This document shows positions 1-14,107 of a DNA stretch of 64,000 bases, piece after piece. A program made the translations under genes and the position numbers. This DNA comes from Marsupella aquatica (lineage: Eukaryota; Plantae; Marchantiophyta): contig OZ316896.1 of assembly GCA_973895155.1 (NCBI GenBank), positions 4,241,595-4,305,594 of the forward strand. The letters are read 5' to 3'. The notes beneath the pieces were generated by a model, which was not told the origin of the DNA, made no database searches, and saw only the letters and a list, made by a program, of their open reading frames with translations. Position 1 is the first letter of the stretch. Each line of letters opens with the position of its first letter.

Positions 1-787
1 TCTATTGGATTTCTTGAGCTCAAGCAACGAGTGCACACATTTCTGTAGTGATCGACTGCAACAAGACGCAAACGGCAGAACGGGTGAAAACTTGGGAGTC
101 TGCCTGGTGGACTGGGGAGCAACCAAAAAGAATTGTGTGGCTGTCTCTTCTTGACCCAATCCGTATAGACCAGATTAAAACGAGCAGGAACTACACCTGG
201 ACTACACAAAAATGGCAAAAAGATAACTAAAGCACCAAGTAGTAATCCATGTCTGGGTCCATTGCTATGACTGGAGCTCAAACAACACTCACGAAGAATG
301 ACCCTGCAACTCTGCCAACCTCATCTGCTGATGGGAGAAGCCTAGTAAACTCCTTGCCACTAGTCACAACTTGAAACCGGCTGTAATGGACAGATTACCT
401 GGTGAAGTGAGAGAAAACCTCCTCCAAATTGTGTAGGGAGAGTTACAAGTCACATATGGGATGGCAGAGTTAACGTATCATCATAGTAAATAACTATGTT
501 TGGCTTTGGTCCTCCGGGTTGCCAAAACCTACCTGGGCATTCTGCCTTCCTTGGAGGTGAGAATTTTTTTTTTCAAATGTTTTCTTGTGAGATCTCGGGC
601 CTGTACCAAATATAGAAGCGGACCAAAAATGGAATAACTTTTAAAAATTATTGGTTCATACCCATGTCAACTGCCAAGCGTGGGTTCACTAGGGTTTAGG
701 ACCAGTAATTGATGAAACTTTGCACTTGCTCTCAACCTGCCGAGACATTGTTAACCTAATAACTTACTACTAGTCTCCCATATTAGT

Positions 788-1477
788 TTTGTTTGTTTTT
801 TTATTTTAAGGGAAGGCAACGAGGCGCAAATTTATTCGACGACACCCGCGGCGAAAACCAGCGGGAGGAGAAAAACAAGCCCGGAATCCAGGCCGCCCGA
901 GAGCCCCCCCAAGGCAGGAGCGCCGGCCCCCAACAAGCCGCAGCAGAGAGGACCGGGCAGCAAGCCAGCAACAACAGACAAAGACCAGAACCCAGGCGAA
1001 CCCAAGACAGCCGCCAAGCCAAGGGGAACACAAAGGCCCACAAAAAGGCACACAGCAAGGGCCCAAAGGGGATTCAGTGCAAGTCATCGGACGTAAGTGA
1101 ACCAAGACCTAAAGTGCCAGCATACGGAAGGCAAGTCAAAAGGACACTGATCCTTAAAACAAACTGGCAATTACCCCTCACAGGCTCGATAACCATGATG
1201 AGCAAAAACACCCCTCTAATGGTGGGGGACACAGTGGAAGACACAGGTAGCAGAGTCATTCAAGCACAGAGAACAACAACAGGACAGCCACTTCAAGGAA
1301 TACTATGTCTGATGGTGCATCTATCAGTCATGTCAGTCAGGTCAATGAGTGTCCTGCTTAAGCTCCTGGATTTTCTTGCCCCCTTAGTCCGTTGAAGGGT
1401 TGCATGGGCACTAATGACAACCCCGTGGAGGATAAGTTGCACTGGGAATCTGGTGGCGGTGGCTTGGTATGTTCGTT
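788..1477 (-). mobile_element. 5'-truncated non-LTR retroelement insertion with 15-bp TSD
   Basis: GTCTCCCATATTAGT occurs at 773-787 and 1478-1492. The minus-strand 3' end has AATAAA and an A-rich tail at ~788-808, after a GC-rich 3'UTR-like segment. Confidence 0.75.
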
Positions 1478-2866
1478 GTCTCCCATATTAGTGAAGCTCA
1501 ATGGCCTTGCCAAACTCACATAGAACGCGTTTTGGTGGTTGGTTTTTCCTTCCTTTTCCACTCAACTGACCTTGCTGTGTCATTTTTCACTCATTGGCCT
1601 TGCTGAGTAGGAAGATTCCACATGCAAACAACTGATGGGAAAATACTTGGTACCAACTACTGATAACTTAGATAGGGTCATTCTAAGGTTGGAGTTGATC
1701 TCTAGGAAGGATTGTGATAGATCCTACGGGGTATAACCACCGTGACAACAAACAGCAAATAGTTACTCGTAACAGCAAACGAGTGGGTAAATGTTTTGGA
1801 ATTTGTTTTGGAAATTTTTTCTTGGAATTTGTTTTTTGGTTTATTAAATATGGCCCACAAAATTTTTGGGGGAAAAAAATTTAATTAATTTGTGTATAGT
1901 CAAAATGTTTTGGCTAGCACTCGGAGCTAGTAACAATATTGCTTGACACTAGCAAAAACTGTCTTGTTTTAAATTATTTTGGAAACTGTGACTTTTAATG
2001 ACACATTTTTAGATTGTCTGTTTTGCTGGTAACAAGATTTTTTTTTCTCTTAACAATAAATCTGTTCGTTGTTTGCTGTCACGGTAAACCCTTGATCCTA
2101 CAAGGCTAAGTCTTGTTGCTGTAGCGTGACATGTACCACACGTGTCAAGGAGGAGGCTGATGCAACTTGCTACTACTTGGGAATAATTACCCCCTTGCTC
2201 TGGAGGTTCCAGGACCTTTACACTATCTTCTAGACCAGTTATGCTCATGCGTGATCTTTTGTTGGAGCTAGAAGCTTACCTTCCAATTCATGTCCTCAAT
2301 ACCGTAGTTTGGTCAAATGTGTTTGTTGCACTTCAGAGGGATCGGGTGTTCAGAGGACAAAGGCTATAGGCTTTAGAGCAAATAGACAACCTTCACTTTG
2401 AGTTCCTCGTATGCAGTTTACTAAAAATATACGAGAACATTGCAATGACCAAGCAACCCAGTTCTGGAAACCCAAGCTCACTAGTCTTTAGGCCAATGGA
2501 TGAGCCATGCCTCCATGGGGATCCTTTATGAATTGTGTCATGAAAAGGAGGTTAACCATACAGTAATTATTAGTAATGAAAGAAACATACATAGATACAA
2601 TTATTTGTGTCATAATAGGCTTGCTGGCCTGAATTATACTAACTTATTCTAATTGTGTGTAACACTAAATGGGGTATAATACTCATCTACACACACTAAT
2701 TTGTCTACCTTCCATACAGTGAACGTTTGTGAGTAGTTAAAGGGAGTGTGGGTAAGGGAGCCCTTCCTGTGCATACCCACTTGTGTTTAGGCTAGTTCAA
2801 TTCAAACATTAATGTTAGTATGAAGATTGAACTTAAGACCTATTTGTTAAACTATGACACCCTCCT

Positions 2867-3175
2867 TGATGACAATACAATCATGACTCATACCATGCTC
2901 ACGTAATCGACACAATCGATACGTGGTTCACCTCTTCTCCAAGGCTACGTCCACACGAACACAACAACTTACTTCAAGAGTCGTCGAACACACAAGCTCT
3001 CTCTCTTCCTCAAGTTGCTTCATTACAATGAGCAAGCACCGCATACCAGCGGCTTACACTAGCCCTGGTATATGCAAGGTCACACACGACTAACCTAACC
3101 TCAGCTAAGTCCCTAACTGAGGTTAACCTAATTACCGTAACCTTTGAGTCACAAGACTAAGAGCAATCCTTAACA
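2867..3175 (-). mobile_element. solo LTR related to the copia LTR at 14379
   Basis: Minus strand begins TGTTAAGGATTGCTCTTAGTCTTGTGACTC (cf. TGTTACATATTGCTCTAGTCTTGTGACTC), contains the GTGGACGTAGCC..GTGAACCACGTATC motif and ends TCATCA. Flanks are CTCCT/CTACT (TSD with 1 mismatch). Confidence 0.7.
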
Positions 3176-6100
3176 CTACTGTTGTGGTCACAAAGTTACA
3201 CAAAGTCACTTGAGCTAACAAACAACCAAATGGTTGCAACCCCTAATTTAGCTAGATCAGACGAACCTTTCTCCCAAGAGTACTACAGTGTAGAAAGTAG
3301 TGTTCTCCAATGTTATTACAATAGGGCGTCTCAAAGCAGGGCCATAAGGAAAAGTTACGGGACACCAGTTTAGGCCCATAAAACACCTCAAGACCATACC
3401 CTGCGGGCCATGGGTCGCAAGGGGAATACACATTGACCCGTGTCATAAGGGATGAGTTATGAGTACTCCCGCTCAGAGTAAGTCCCTTTTGGTCCATCCC
3501 TGTCGGACAATCTCAACCCTATTACCTTGACAAGCGATCACCATAGCATTCTAATGATACACAGTGACTGGCATGTCATTTCTGTCTATGGATGACATGA
3601 TGTTGTGATGACGCGAACTCAAAGTCCTTCGGGAATGTTGAGTAGACAAAAATACAGAAAATTACATAGTGTTTGTGCTCCGTGTTACAACTCAGAGTTA
3701 AAGTTACGGGTTTTGGTCAACAGCCGTGACACTTTCATATGGAAACCAATGTTGGCCTTTCGCAAACTTTATCACCTTTCCCGTACCTCAGTATTTAAGG
3801 CCAACTTGTAACTTGTTATGACCGTGCTTTGAGAGCCCTATTACTAACACCATGCCATCATGAGTCCCTACTGGAGTTCCATACCTTAGATTTATGAAAA
3901 GTTTTCTACTGAAGTGTCTTTGCTCTTTATTGGCATTGCCAGTCTTGTTGTTGAAGTTTCCCATATATATACATCGTAATTAGAACCTATTAAAAATCAT
4001 TGCAAAAATAATGATAATTATTGAAGACTGCTGAGATGGAAAAGAGACGTGATGACAATGATGACTAAGACATTGGTATGCCAATTTGGCATGATTATAC
4101 AACCCAGGCATAGGCCCTACTCCTTCCACCGGCTAAAACGCATTACTGCCCCACCCCACCATGCTTCTGTCCTCTAACCCAGATGGACGGCTATCCTAAT
4201 GCTGGAGACCAGATCCGCGGACACGATCACCCGGCCATGTTTTGAATTCGGATCTAACATCCAAAGAAAAAGCAATGAATCACCAGGCTTTTCAGATTAC
4301 TCATCAGTATGGCTTTAGTTTTTTGCCTTGATCGGGGATTCTAAGGCTTTTTGGCTCCTGAGTGCTTTGGCTCTTTTTGGTATTCCTGGGATAAGGAGTA
4401 GATAAGCTTGTTAACTCCTTTTGGCCACCTTATGTTTTTGTTGTGGATTATGACTCCCCTATGCTACTTTTGACTTTGACTGCCTTTATGGACGATGTGG
4501 TCCCCTGCTTTTTCCCATCGTTCATATCGCCATGAAGTTCTCCACATTTTTACAAACAAGATAAAGTAGCGTGTCTACTGTTGGACGAAAGAAAATGAGA
4601 TATAGGGCAGCAAGAAACAATAGTGAAACTAAACGAAAACTTTATGCTTGGCACGCCCATTATGTGCATTTTGGTGACCTTACAACATGCTCAAGCTTGC
4701 CTAAATCTCCTGTTTTTTAATTTAAAACATAATGTGTCCACTGAAAAGTCAGTTGTTAGATAAAAATGCTCAGAACACTCTTAAAATTTTAATCCCAAAA
4801 TTCTTTATAAGTTTCACAAGCACTCTAGAATAATTTGTCAGTTAGGTCCAAAATTTCAATTGTTATTATTTCGGTGAACCCTGATGTCACTACTGTGGAC
4901 TTGACGGAACTAAGGCTTGCCTCCCTTGGAGGAGACCTAAGTCCCACTTGCAAAGTTAGTTATGAGACTAGATGTGGACCATTAGATCATCACTATTACA
5001 ATGGTAGATATTTATTTCTCAATATCTCTTTGGGTTTGGCATCTAGCCTCTTCTTTTGCGTTTAGTATTTCTACTCTTTGGATCTCTGTTGCTGTCACTC
5101 CATTGTAATTTGTTTGGCCCCTTTTAGTAAATTAATCCCTTTCTCCTTGCTCATCTAGTTTGGAAGAAACCAAACAACATGATAAATGTCCCATGGCATC
5201 TAATCATGTCCGAAATGCCTTAGTAGGTTTTCCACCTCATTTGAAACATCAGAAAATGTGTTCAAACGTGTTCTCATGAGCTCATGTGATGTTTTGGACA
5301 GGCACAAGTGTTATGTAAAGCTTGCCATGAAGGGAGTTGTCCAAAAACTAAATAAATCCCAAGGGCATTCCTTCTTTACATCTCTTGGCAGCAAAAGGAG
5401 CATTAACCCACTTTGGTCTCTGCCAAAAAATTGTAAGTTGGTGTCCAGACAAAGTGAGAATGCCTTGCCCGCGACAAAATTCCCTCTTAGTTAGCTCCTT
5501 CCAGTGTTGTTGCTCTCTCGGTTGCTCTAGATAAGAGCATCCAATCTTTAAAAACAATTTTGGGCAGGAATGAAAGGTTTACACAAGCTTTGTAGTGGAG
5601 GGAAGACCCCCCAAATTCTGTTGTCATGGCATTCATTTCCTATCACTTGTAGAACAACCAACTCTACTCTCAATTTTTAAAAAAAAATCCCAATGTCCAA
5701 TTTAGACAGACCCTTTTTAGAAAATCACTTTTTGCCTGCTAAAATTTTCAGCATGAATGGTAAGTACTCAATCAGTCTCAACCATTCAAAACATATAATT
5801 ATGACCTTCCCTTGTTGATCTACAAAAACAAAGCTCCGATGGGCTGGCACATTGTTTGTAAAGGCTAGATGAGACTGAGCAAACCAGGATGGACTCGAGC
5901 CAAACACACAAAATTTGTTAGGATACTGTTGTTTACAGTTTTGTTAAAAAAGTAACTTGTAAGTGGCCAGATCATTAGTGACAGCAAGTTTGGATTCATT
6001 CTCCACTTACTCTTCTCCCTACGTCCAGTTAATCCATCCCATTTCAAAGACTTCTGTACTAAGAAAATATGAACTTTAAGGTATATTTATTTGATGTAGG

Positions 6101-8269
6101 TCTTTAGGGACCTTGTCTGGTCTCCATGATGATGATGATGATGAATGGAATTGCGAGGAGAGTGAGTGCTTCACAAAGAAAGGTGTAAACTACATTAGAT
6201 CTTATATTTGGTAGTAGCAACTACTAATTTGTGTTTAGCTACGGCAGTTGTTGTCTTGTTTGGATTTTGCATGGAGCCAGTGGTTGTGATCACTACATTC
6301 CTGTTATGCATGTGATGAATTAATTAATTTTCATGGGGCACAGACAAGATATTGTGGGGAAGGGTAAGGAGAATTTGGTCTGCATGTTTTTGAAGCATCT
6401 TGGTATACTATCTGATAATTTGTCAGCTACTACTTAATTTTAGTTAACTCTACGAGAAGAGGGGAGTTACCTTCTAGAATTTCCCATGGAGACACATATA
6501 CAGACTAGAAGAGCTAGCTAGGTAGTTAACTCATTACTAGTGTTAAGGGAAAGTGTTTTGGTACCTAACTCTAGCACCTGGTAGGTTAGCTAGAGGGGAG
6601 CTTAAACATGCACGGTTAGGGTAGAGTAATGGAGAGGACCTATATCCTAGAGGAGCATCTCAATGTGCTCATACTAGAGATGAATCTTCAGGTCTTGGAG
6701 ACTGGGGAGAGAGAAGGAACCGGGGAAGGAACTCATCTAGAGCAACTTGTTCGCTTTGCTAGGCTATGGAGGATGTAGGTGTTAGTAGATGGTGATTTTC
6801 TCTCAACCATAGAGGTAACCTAGACAAAGTGAACTCTTCAGTTATATATGTGTTGGTGTTGATTATATATTGTGTACTGGTTCCATGTGACATGAACATA
6901 TTCTCTTGTTTGATGTTTGCATTTATTCCAAGCGCAAAGAGGCTTGAAATCATTTTGCTAAACAAAGATGTTATTAAGCATAACACTCAGAACACTCTCA
7001 TCAAGTTGCATGTCCTGATAAGTGCACACCCTTTCTTAATAAGGAAAAAATGCACTTATGGATTTGGATTCTTAAAAAGTGCAAATTTGAGGCTTGCACT
7101 TATCATGTAATGCAATAATTGGTTTAGTGCACATTGGACCTGTCTTCCAGCAAGTTTGCACTTAGAGAGAGTTAACTGTACATATAATGGTTTGAAAAGT
7201 GCATGAACATTTGGGTAAAGAATCCGAGAGCCTGCAATATTGCACTTATGTATTTTGCACTTAGACACTTCTTACCAAGCAAAGAAGGATGCGCAATTAG
7301 GCACAAGTACGGAACTGGGCAGGGGCTTCATTGTGGGCAATATAGCCCACAATGTCTTGTAAATCAGTTGTTCACTCGAGTTTAGAGTGGCAATTGTTAT
7401 ATACAATGCTCTTGAAACATGACTTTAAAGATCTAATATATTTCTATTTTTCCGGATTGTAGTAAAAGTATAGGAGAATCTTTCGAAATAAGTAATCCAA
7501 AAATTGAGGGGGCATTCTTCTCAAAGAATGCACTGAATTTATAAAGAGAATGCTCCGAAAAAGTACAGCAGAATTTTGGTAAGAACCCGAGATCCTGCAC
7601 TTATGGACGTTGCACTTACACACGTCTGACGGAGCAGAGAAGGACGCACGATTGGACGCATGATCGGGACCGGGCAGGGCTGCATGGCAGACTCTCTCGT
7701 ACGGGCTATACGGCGCTGCATGGGTAAGATACCATGCCATGGATCCATGCCATTCCCTGCGTCGTTTAGCGGCATACGGTATCAGGGCAGGCAATGTTTT
7801 TACCGGTTGTGAGAGGCCCATACCGTGCCCCTGACACAACCATGTCATTCGGATAGCGAAACATGATATGGATATGTGTGGTACAAACATGCATGAGGGC
7901 ACGCGTCCCGCTACTTTAGGCGCCCCAACAACCCACCTGCCCGGTGCCCGCGTCGGGATTCCACTGCAAAAAGGCACTTATCGGGCAGATTAGACAAACG
8001 GGCCGTATGTCGGACTGCCAGGTCGGACCATTTCGGGCATATTGCGATAATAATAATATTGAGTATTGGGCGGTACAGCGGACTGTCCGGTCAGGGGTTC
8101 CGGATATATGTGAAGTGAAGTTCAATCCAGAGGAGATTATTTGGATAATTTTGAACCCGATTTGCAATTGCCATTCAAGCTACAATGTAATTTTGAATGG
8201 GTGTCGTAGTACTAATCTGGTGCCTTCATGTAATTTGGCTTTTGAAATGGCATGTAGCCTAAATTCCTT

Positions 8270-8555
8270 CCAAAAATGGTGGCTTGGGAAAATGTATGGC
8301 AGATTACAAAAAATTGCAGACATGAAAAACTGAAAAACTATGTATGAGGCAAAATTGTCCCGAAAACAGGTGTTATCAACATGCTCTGGAAAGCAGTGCT
8401 GTTTTTGACCTGAATTTGACCTCCCCCAAAATGGTGGTTTGGAAAATGTATGGCCAGATTATGACAATAAGCTGCAGACATGAAAGACTGAAAACTATGA
8501 GGCAAATTGTCCGGAAAACAGTGTTATCAACATGTTCTAAGGAGCAGTGCTGTCA
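8270..8555. repeat. diverged ~155-bp tandem duplication (~2 copies)
   Basis: CCAAAA(A)TGGTGG..GGAAAATGTATGG..GCAGACATGAAA..GTGTTATCAACATG recurs at ~8270 and ~8425. Confidence 0.75.
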
Positions 8556-9379
8556 ATTAAAATTGGTCACAAACACCGAGATATACTGAACCGATTTTTT
8601 TACCAATCTTTCGACCAATTTTTGCTCTACTTCGCAGAAATTATTGAGAAAAATAGACCGAAAAAAGTTTTTGGTTTGAGTAGCCACAAGGAAAGTATGT
8701 AAGCAAGTAGAACAACTTTTTGCCATTGAGAATTGCGAACTAAGTAACTACTATGGTAACGTAACTTTGAATGGGTGTAAGGAGCACTAATTAAATAGAG
8801 TGGTCATTGTAGCAACTTTCATGAAGTCAACATTTGAGGGGAAAATTGCAAAAGTGGGAAGGAGGCACAAAAGAACAAATTGCATGCAGCCAGGTCAAAT
8901 AAGCTGAAATAAAGAAAACAAAGTCAAATCATCAGTTGGGGATGAGAGTGGTCAGACCTCTCCTAGCTTGGAGCCTCCTCCGCTTGAGACTCTAAAGAGG
9001 AGAGCTTGACACTTGTAAGCTTTTGGCTCTATTAATGACTTCCCATGATTTGGAACCACAGCTCCCACTATCCAGTCACTGTTCATTTGCCTGAGTGAAC
9101 AGTAAACCTACCCTGCAAGCTCTCCCATCTTAGGACCTAAGTACTGTAAGAACCTTTTTTTGTGACTTCTTAGACAACAGAAACTATTTTAAGAGGTGTT
9201 TCTTGCTCAAAGTAGGTCTCATCCAGATCTATAATTGAGACATAGATCGCTCCCAGCACTGAACTAATGAGATGACACCTAAAAAAATACACAAAATAGG
9301 ATATGTTATTTTGATTCAAGGAGACTATTCCCTGGAAAGTCATTTATCATGGCTTTCAAATGTAATCTAAACCCCACTT

Positions 9380-9472
9380 TTGGGCGGGATTTGTTTAAAA
9401 TCTACACGCGCAGAGGGAGTTGAACGCGGAACATCTGCCTCCCCACTCGCATGAGCTGCCACTATGCCAGAG
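9380..9472 (-). mobile_element. tRNA-derived SINE-like head (Pol III A and B boxes)
   Basis: Minus strand has TGGCATAGTGG (A box, 9469-9459) and GTTCAACTCC (B box, 9425-9416) 33 nt apart. No full cloverleaf or TSD was found. Confidence 0.45.
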
Positions 9473-10807
9473 CCTGCTGCATGGAAGCATTTTTGGTGAT
9501 TTCCTACTTTTCACGATGGAGACTTCGGGCAGCAGCCGGCTTGCATTGGACCCATAGCCCTGAATTTATTTCGCATGCAGGGTTGTGTTGTATGTGAAAT
9601 GACTAATATGGGTTACATAGAGTTCTTTCTAAGGATTTTGTGGTTCACTGAGTACAAACTAATGAGTTTGCTTTTCACTTAGTAAGTCCTTATAGTAGAA
9701 ATTGTGCCTTGTCGTTATAGCAACAGATTCTGCCAATAAACCCACTTCAAGAGACCCGGGTCCACCATGAAACCCAGATTCCCCTACTTGGAGTGGGACT
9801 GGGAGGCTCCAGTCCTCATATTGTGCCCATGAAATCCCCAAAAGTTGGCTTCCAAAAGTCGGATAGAAGGCCCATAAGTGCAAGTCAGCACTTACTGCAT
9901 TGAGATATCAGGGACTTCTTTGTATTATGTATGCCATAAATTGTAATTGTATAAATCGCTTTTCTAAGAGGAGAAGATATGACTAAAATTGGTATTTGGA
10001 CTCGTTTTTCTTATGAATGAGGAGGGAAACCCCACCCAAGAATTAAGGCAGTGGAACCTGCCACCCTCCAAACCTCAACCAAGAATCAAGGCTGTGGAAC
10101 CTGCAAGCCTCCTCTTCTATCATAAACAGGAAGGGTACAAACCGGCCTAAGGGCAAAACCACACAAGGCAAAACCAAAGTATTAAGACCTGCACCTGTTT
10201 CATGAAAGTTGGGACACTGTCCACAAGAACTCACAAGGGAAATGAAACCACAAAGCCTAGCTAATTTGATGGTATGAAATGCACTTGTCATCTGTAGATA
10301 TTGAAAGAGTATCTAATCCCAGTCACAAGAGCTCAGTGGCCCCTGTCCAACTCTTCGATGACAGCCATTCCAGACTTGGATCAACCAGTATTCAGATGAA
10401 GAGGGGAGGGGAGGGCCTCATGATCCACATTCAGGAGCAAGATAGAGCATACCACAACTTGGATGTGTGCCAAGGGGAACTAGAAGCCAAAACTGATATA
10501 AGACCCACGCAGCAAAACACACCTTGCATTGCTACTGTTCAGATGCTGGATAACCATGAACTGCACAATTTCATGCATGTAGATGTTGTTCAACATGGGA
10601 AAGCAAGTCCAGTTTTCATTGTGATGGGAACTGTAGTTGTAGAATGGCCAAATGTTGATCAACACTCCAGTGGATTTGCAAAACTCCCAGGAGCAGAGAT
10701 TGCCCTTGCTGTGGCGGGATGATGCATGGAGAGTGAGTCCTCTAGATCTCTCATGATGTGAATCTAATCAGAAGCATTTGACTTTGTGCCCATGCAGCAG
10801 TATTACT

Positions 10808-10841
10808 ATCCCCATCTTTCTTGCGCAAGAAAGATGGGGAT
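10808..10841. repeat. perfect 34-bp palindrome
   Basis: ATCCCCATCTTTCTTGC|GCAAGAAAGATGGGGAT, with no spacer. Confidence 0.95.
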
Positions 10842-11259
10842 GCTTAGGCTAAAGCATTTAGAATATTTAAAAACAGATTTTTACTAAATTACCCCCCAAA
10901 CTGTTTGCTATTACCATACTGCCCCCAAAACTATATATATATATATAGTATACTGCCCCAAAACCGTATCCAGTCACCTATAGCCCGAGTACTTGACCAC
11001 TGTTGCGTTCCTATTGGCCGACAAGTAACCATAGTTGATGACCTAAGGTGAACCTAACGGGCATTCCCTTTCACGCAATCCACTACTTTGTTCAGGCTCT
11101 AGGCGCAGTTGTGATGAATGCGTAACGGGCCCAAAGTGCAGTGCAAGGATTGGGGATTGGGCCCTGAAGGGCAGCAAATCCATCAGGTCCCCACTCGGAC
11201 CCAACTCCTATTGGGCCTTTGTTTGCAGGCCTCATTTTCTTTGGGGAAACAACACCAAA

Positions 11260-13090
11260 ATGTGTCAATTTTTTAAGCTATGCCAGTTCAGGCCAGACAG
11301 GGAAACATTCAAGAGTTGGAAAGACCTTAAGAAATTAATTGTGGATGGAGATATATCTTTTGAGAGACTCCTGGTCACCCACAAGAAGGATGAGTATAAA
11401 TGGAAGTTAAGATGTAAACAAAATAGTTATCCTGGAGGTTGAGAGCTACAAAAAAATCCAGAACCGAGACCATTACCATCACAAAAACATGCATTCAGAA
11501 TCACACTTGTGGGCTAACCATTACAAGAGGCGAATGCACAGCAGTTCAAATAGGTTTGCAAACAATATTATGGACTTAATTCTCAAAAACCATCAAACTT
11601 GACCTTCCACCATCTGAGAAATTGCTCAGGCCTGGGTTCAATCTGACATAAAATACCATACAGCCCACATTGCCAAGAATGAATGCTTGAAGCGCCTTGA
11701 TGGAGATGAAACAGACTCATTTCACCTCATACCAGCACATTGCCATCATATCCTTGAGAGAGATTCCACATTAGTTGCTAAGTACAGGGGACCCGGTGGC
11801 CATCTTGACATGTTATCAAATGTGTGCCCTTCAGCATCCAAGGAATCTTTCTGTCGCTGTAGGCCGATGATTGCATTAGATGGGACTCACACAAGGTGCA
11901 TGTACGCTGGAATTCTCCTGCTTGCCACTGTGACAACATTGGATGCCATTTACTTACACAGTATATTGCTTGCATGCTCTTGGGTACCCTCTTAAAATGA
12001 GGCGAATTGGCTGGTGTTCCTAATTTTGCTAAGCAAGCAATTTCAAACTTGTCTCAACCATGAGTAGTTTTTATTCTGATCAGGAAAACAGCCTAACCGA
12101 TGGGGTGCCAGATGTTTTTCCTTGTGGATATCCTGCCTACTGTACATGGCATCTTGGGGAGATGTACACAAGCATTATGGCAAGGAGACCCTTAAGTTGT
12201 TTGAAGCACTACCATATGCTATATCTCCTGCCAAATATGAAACCCGCTTGAAGCAACCAAGGAGAAGAACAAAGCAGTAGCAGAATAAATTTGAAGGATG
12301 TACAGCTGACCCGAAGTTCTACTCTTGAGCATACTTCCCATCTAGAAGGTCAGTCAACAGAGGACCTTTCTAAGTATACTGCTAATTGCCTATGCATACA
12401 AGTGGTCTTGGTTCAATTCTAGGTGTTTTGCATATTGCTGTTTGAATTTGATATAGATGAATTGTCTTGTAGGTGGGGACATGAAACCTCCCAGCAAGCA
12501 AAGAGAGTGGTAGCATTAAAACTTCAAAGACAAGAGGTGACATTGAATATGTCATGCCAGATCTGGGATTACATGATGGTCAAGTTTTTTTAGAAGCGAG
12601 AACTTGCTGATACTATTACAACTCCATTTCCACTGAACATCATGGAAGCACTAAATGAGGTGGAAGTTGAAGCTGGTTGTTTGATTACATCCTTTCCATA
12701 CTGTTGAGGTCAGAATCATGAATGACTGCAATGGACAATACATAGTGCACCTTGAGTCACCTTGGTTGTGCAGTTGTGGTGATTTTCAGAATACATTGTT
12801 GCCTTGTATACATGCCTGGCAAGCAATGACTTGACTACACAAATGTCACTATGATTTTGTGAGTACGGCTACTACAACACAAAGTCGTATAAAACTACCT
12901 ATGAGTCCCATCTACCAGCTTTGATAAGAGATGGGCTCATTCCAGATCCACATTGTGGGCCTCTGTGAAAAAAAGACGCAAAGGTTGTCCAACACAACGA
13001 ATTCAACTCGCTTTGATGATGAGGAGGTTTGTAAGTTACCACAAAAGTGTGGGGTTTGTGGAGCACAAGGACATGATCACATAACTTGTC
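11260..13090 (+). pseudogene. Mutator-like (MULE/MuDR) transposase pseudogene
   Basis: Ordered motifs across frameshifts: CRPMIALDGTH..GILLLAT (MULE domain), YSDQENSL..VFP..YCTWHL, a probable intron at ~12348-12472, SWIM finger CSCGDFQNTLLPCIHA (~12768-12815) and knuckle KCGVCGAQGHDHITC (~13045-13089). A MULE-TIR-like sequence lies near 10876, but no partner TIR was found. Confidence 0.85.
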
Positions 13091-14107
13091 GGACCAAATT
13101 GAATTGCAAGTGGTGGAAAATGTGGAAGAAGGGAGTGAATTGTAAGACAGGGGTCAACTATTTCATCGGTTATCAATCATTTTGTCAATTATTTTTGTGA
13201 ATCTCAGCTGCGCAGCTGAGATAGAGCCTTGCACCTATGTGCATCTCAGTTAGGCAAAGAGAAACCAAAACTTTTGTGAAAGCTAATTGGGATGCACAAA
13301 ACCTTGCTGAGATGGGCATATGGATGGAAAAACCAAAACAAAACAAAACCAAAAACAATTCAAAAATAATAATAAACAAATGTTTTTTAGTGTCCATACA
13401 GTACAGATGCCCCATATTGTATAAAAAATTGGAAAAAAAGTTTTCTTGTCAAATTTTGATGGAAAAAATCAAAATTTACTTTCCCACCGCAACTCGGCTG
13501 CCTCTTTGAGATGCATGACATGGCAACTGGTATCAGGGTCACTGATGGACTTCACTGATAACTCATGAGATTATTTATCTCTCGCAAGACATAGTGGAAG
13601 AACACTGTGTTGCCAAAGAGGAGGCCAATCACACTGTACTGGGGTGGCGTTCGTAGGAGAGCATCCCCCTTGGAAGTTTTTCTCAGTTGCTAGCTATCAT
13701 GGAAACTCAACCATCCAAGTGTACAGCTCGCAAATTGTTTTACTCTTCCGTTGGGCCTCGGCGTACTGAGTACTATATTTCTCATTGAAGACTAAGCCAA
13801 GCTGAATTGAATTAGCTCCTCCATGATTTACTTTAGTTTCACAGTCAGGAAGGTTGATAGACTGACTTCAGTCTACAACTTTGTGTATCATGCTGAAACT
13901 TTTTGTAACTTTTTACAAGTTGATGGCAATGCAATAGAATTTTATGGCTTCAGTTCATGTTCAGACACATACAATGTAACAATTGACACCAGAAGTGTTC
14001 ACATTGGACATAAGCACAAGAATACTTTTACTCAGAATTGGCCACTTGGGCAGTAAGGCGAGTGTGATTCATGAACTAAATTGGAAGGCTATGTAATAAT
14101 TCTTGCA

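Noticed and set aside
793-1395. 200-aa + strand ORF as a real gene
   Set aside because: It is the low-complexity antisense reading of a retroelement 3'UTR lying between 15-bp TSDs.
7444-8333. Track ORFs in the GC-rich island as proteins
   Set aside because: Overlapping ORFs on both strands with no recognisable motifs, as expected by chance in GC-rich DNA.
9380-9472. Functional tRNA gene
   Set aside because: A and B boxes are present but no acceptor or anticodon stems could be formed; recorded as SINE-like.
10000-10740. Assignable coding sequence (also 5100-5560 and 48800-49600)
   Set aside because: Only faint L1-like motifs on the minus strand, too decayed to support a call.
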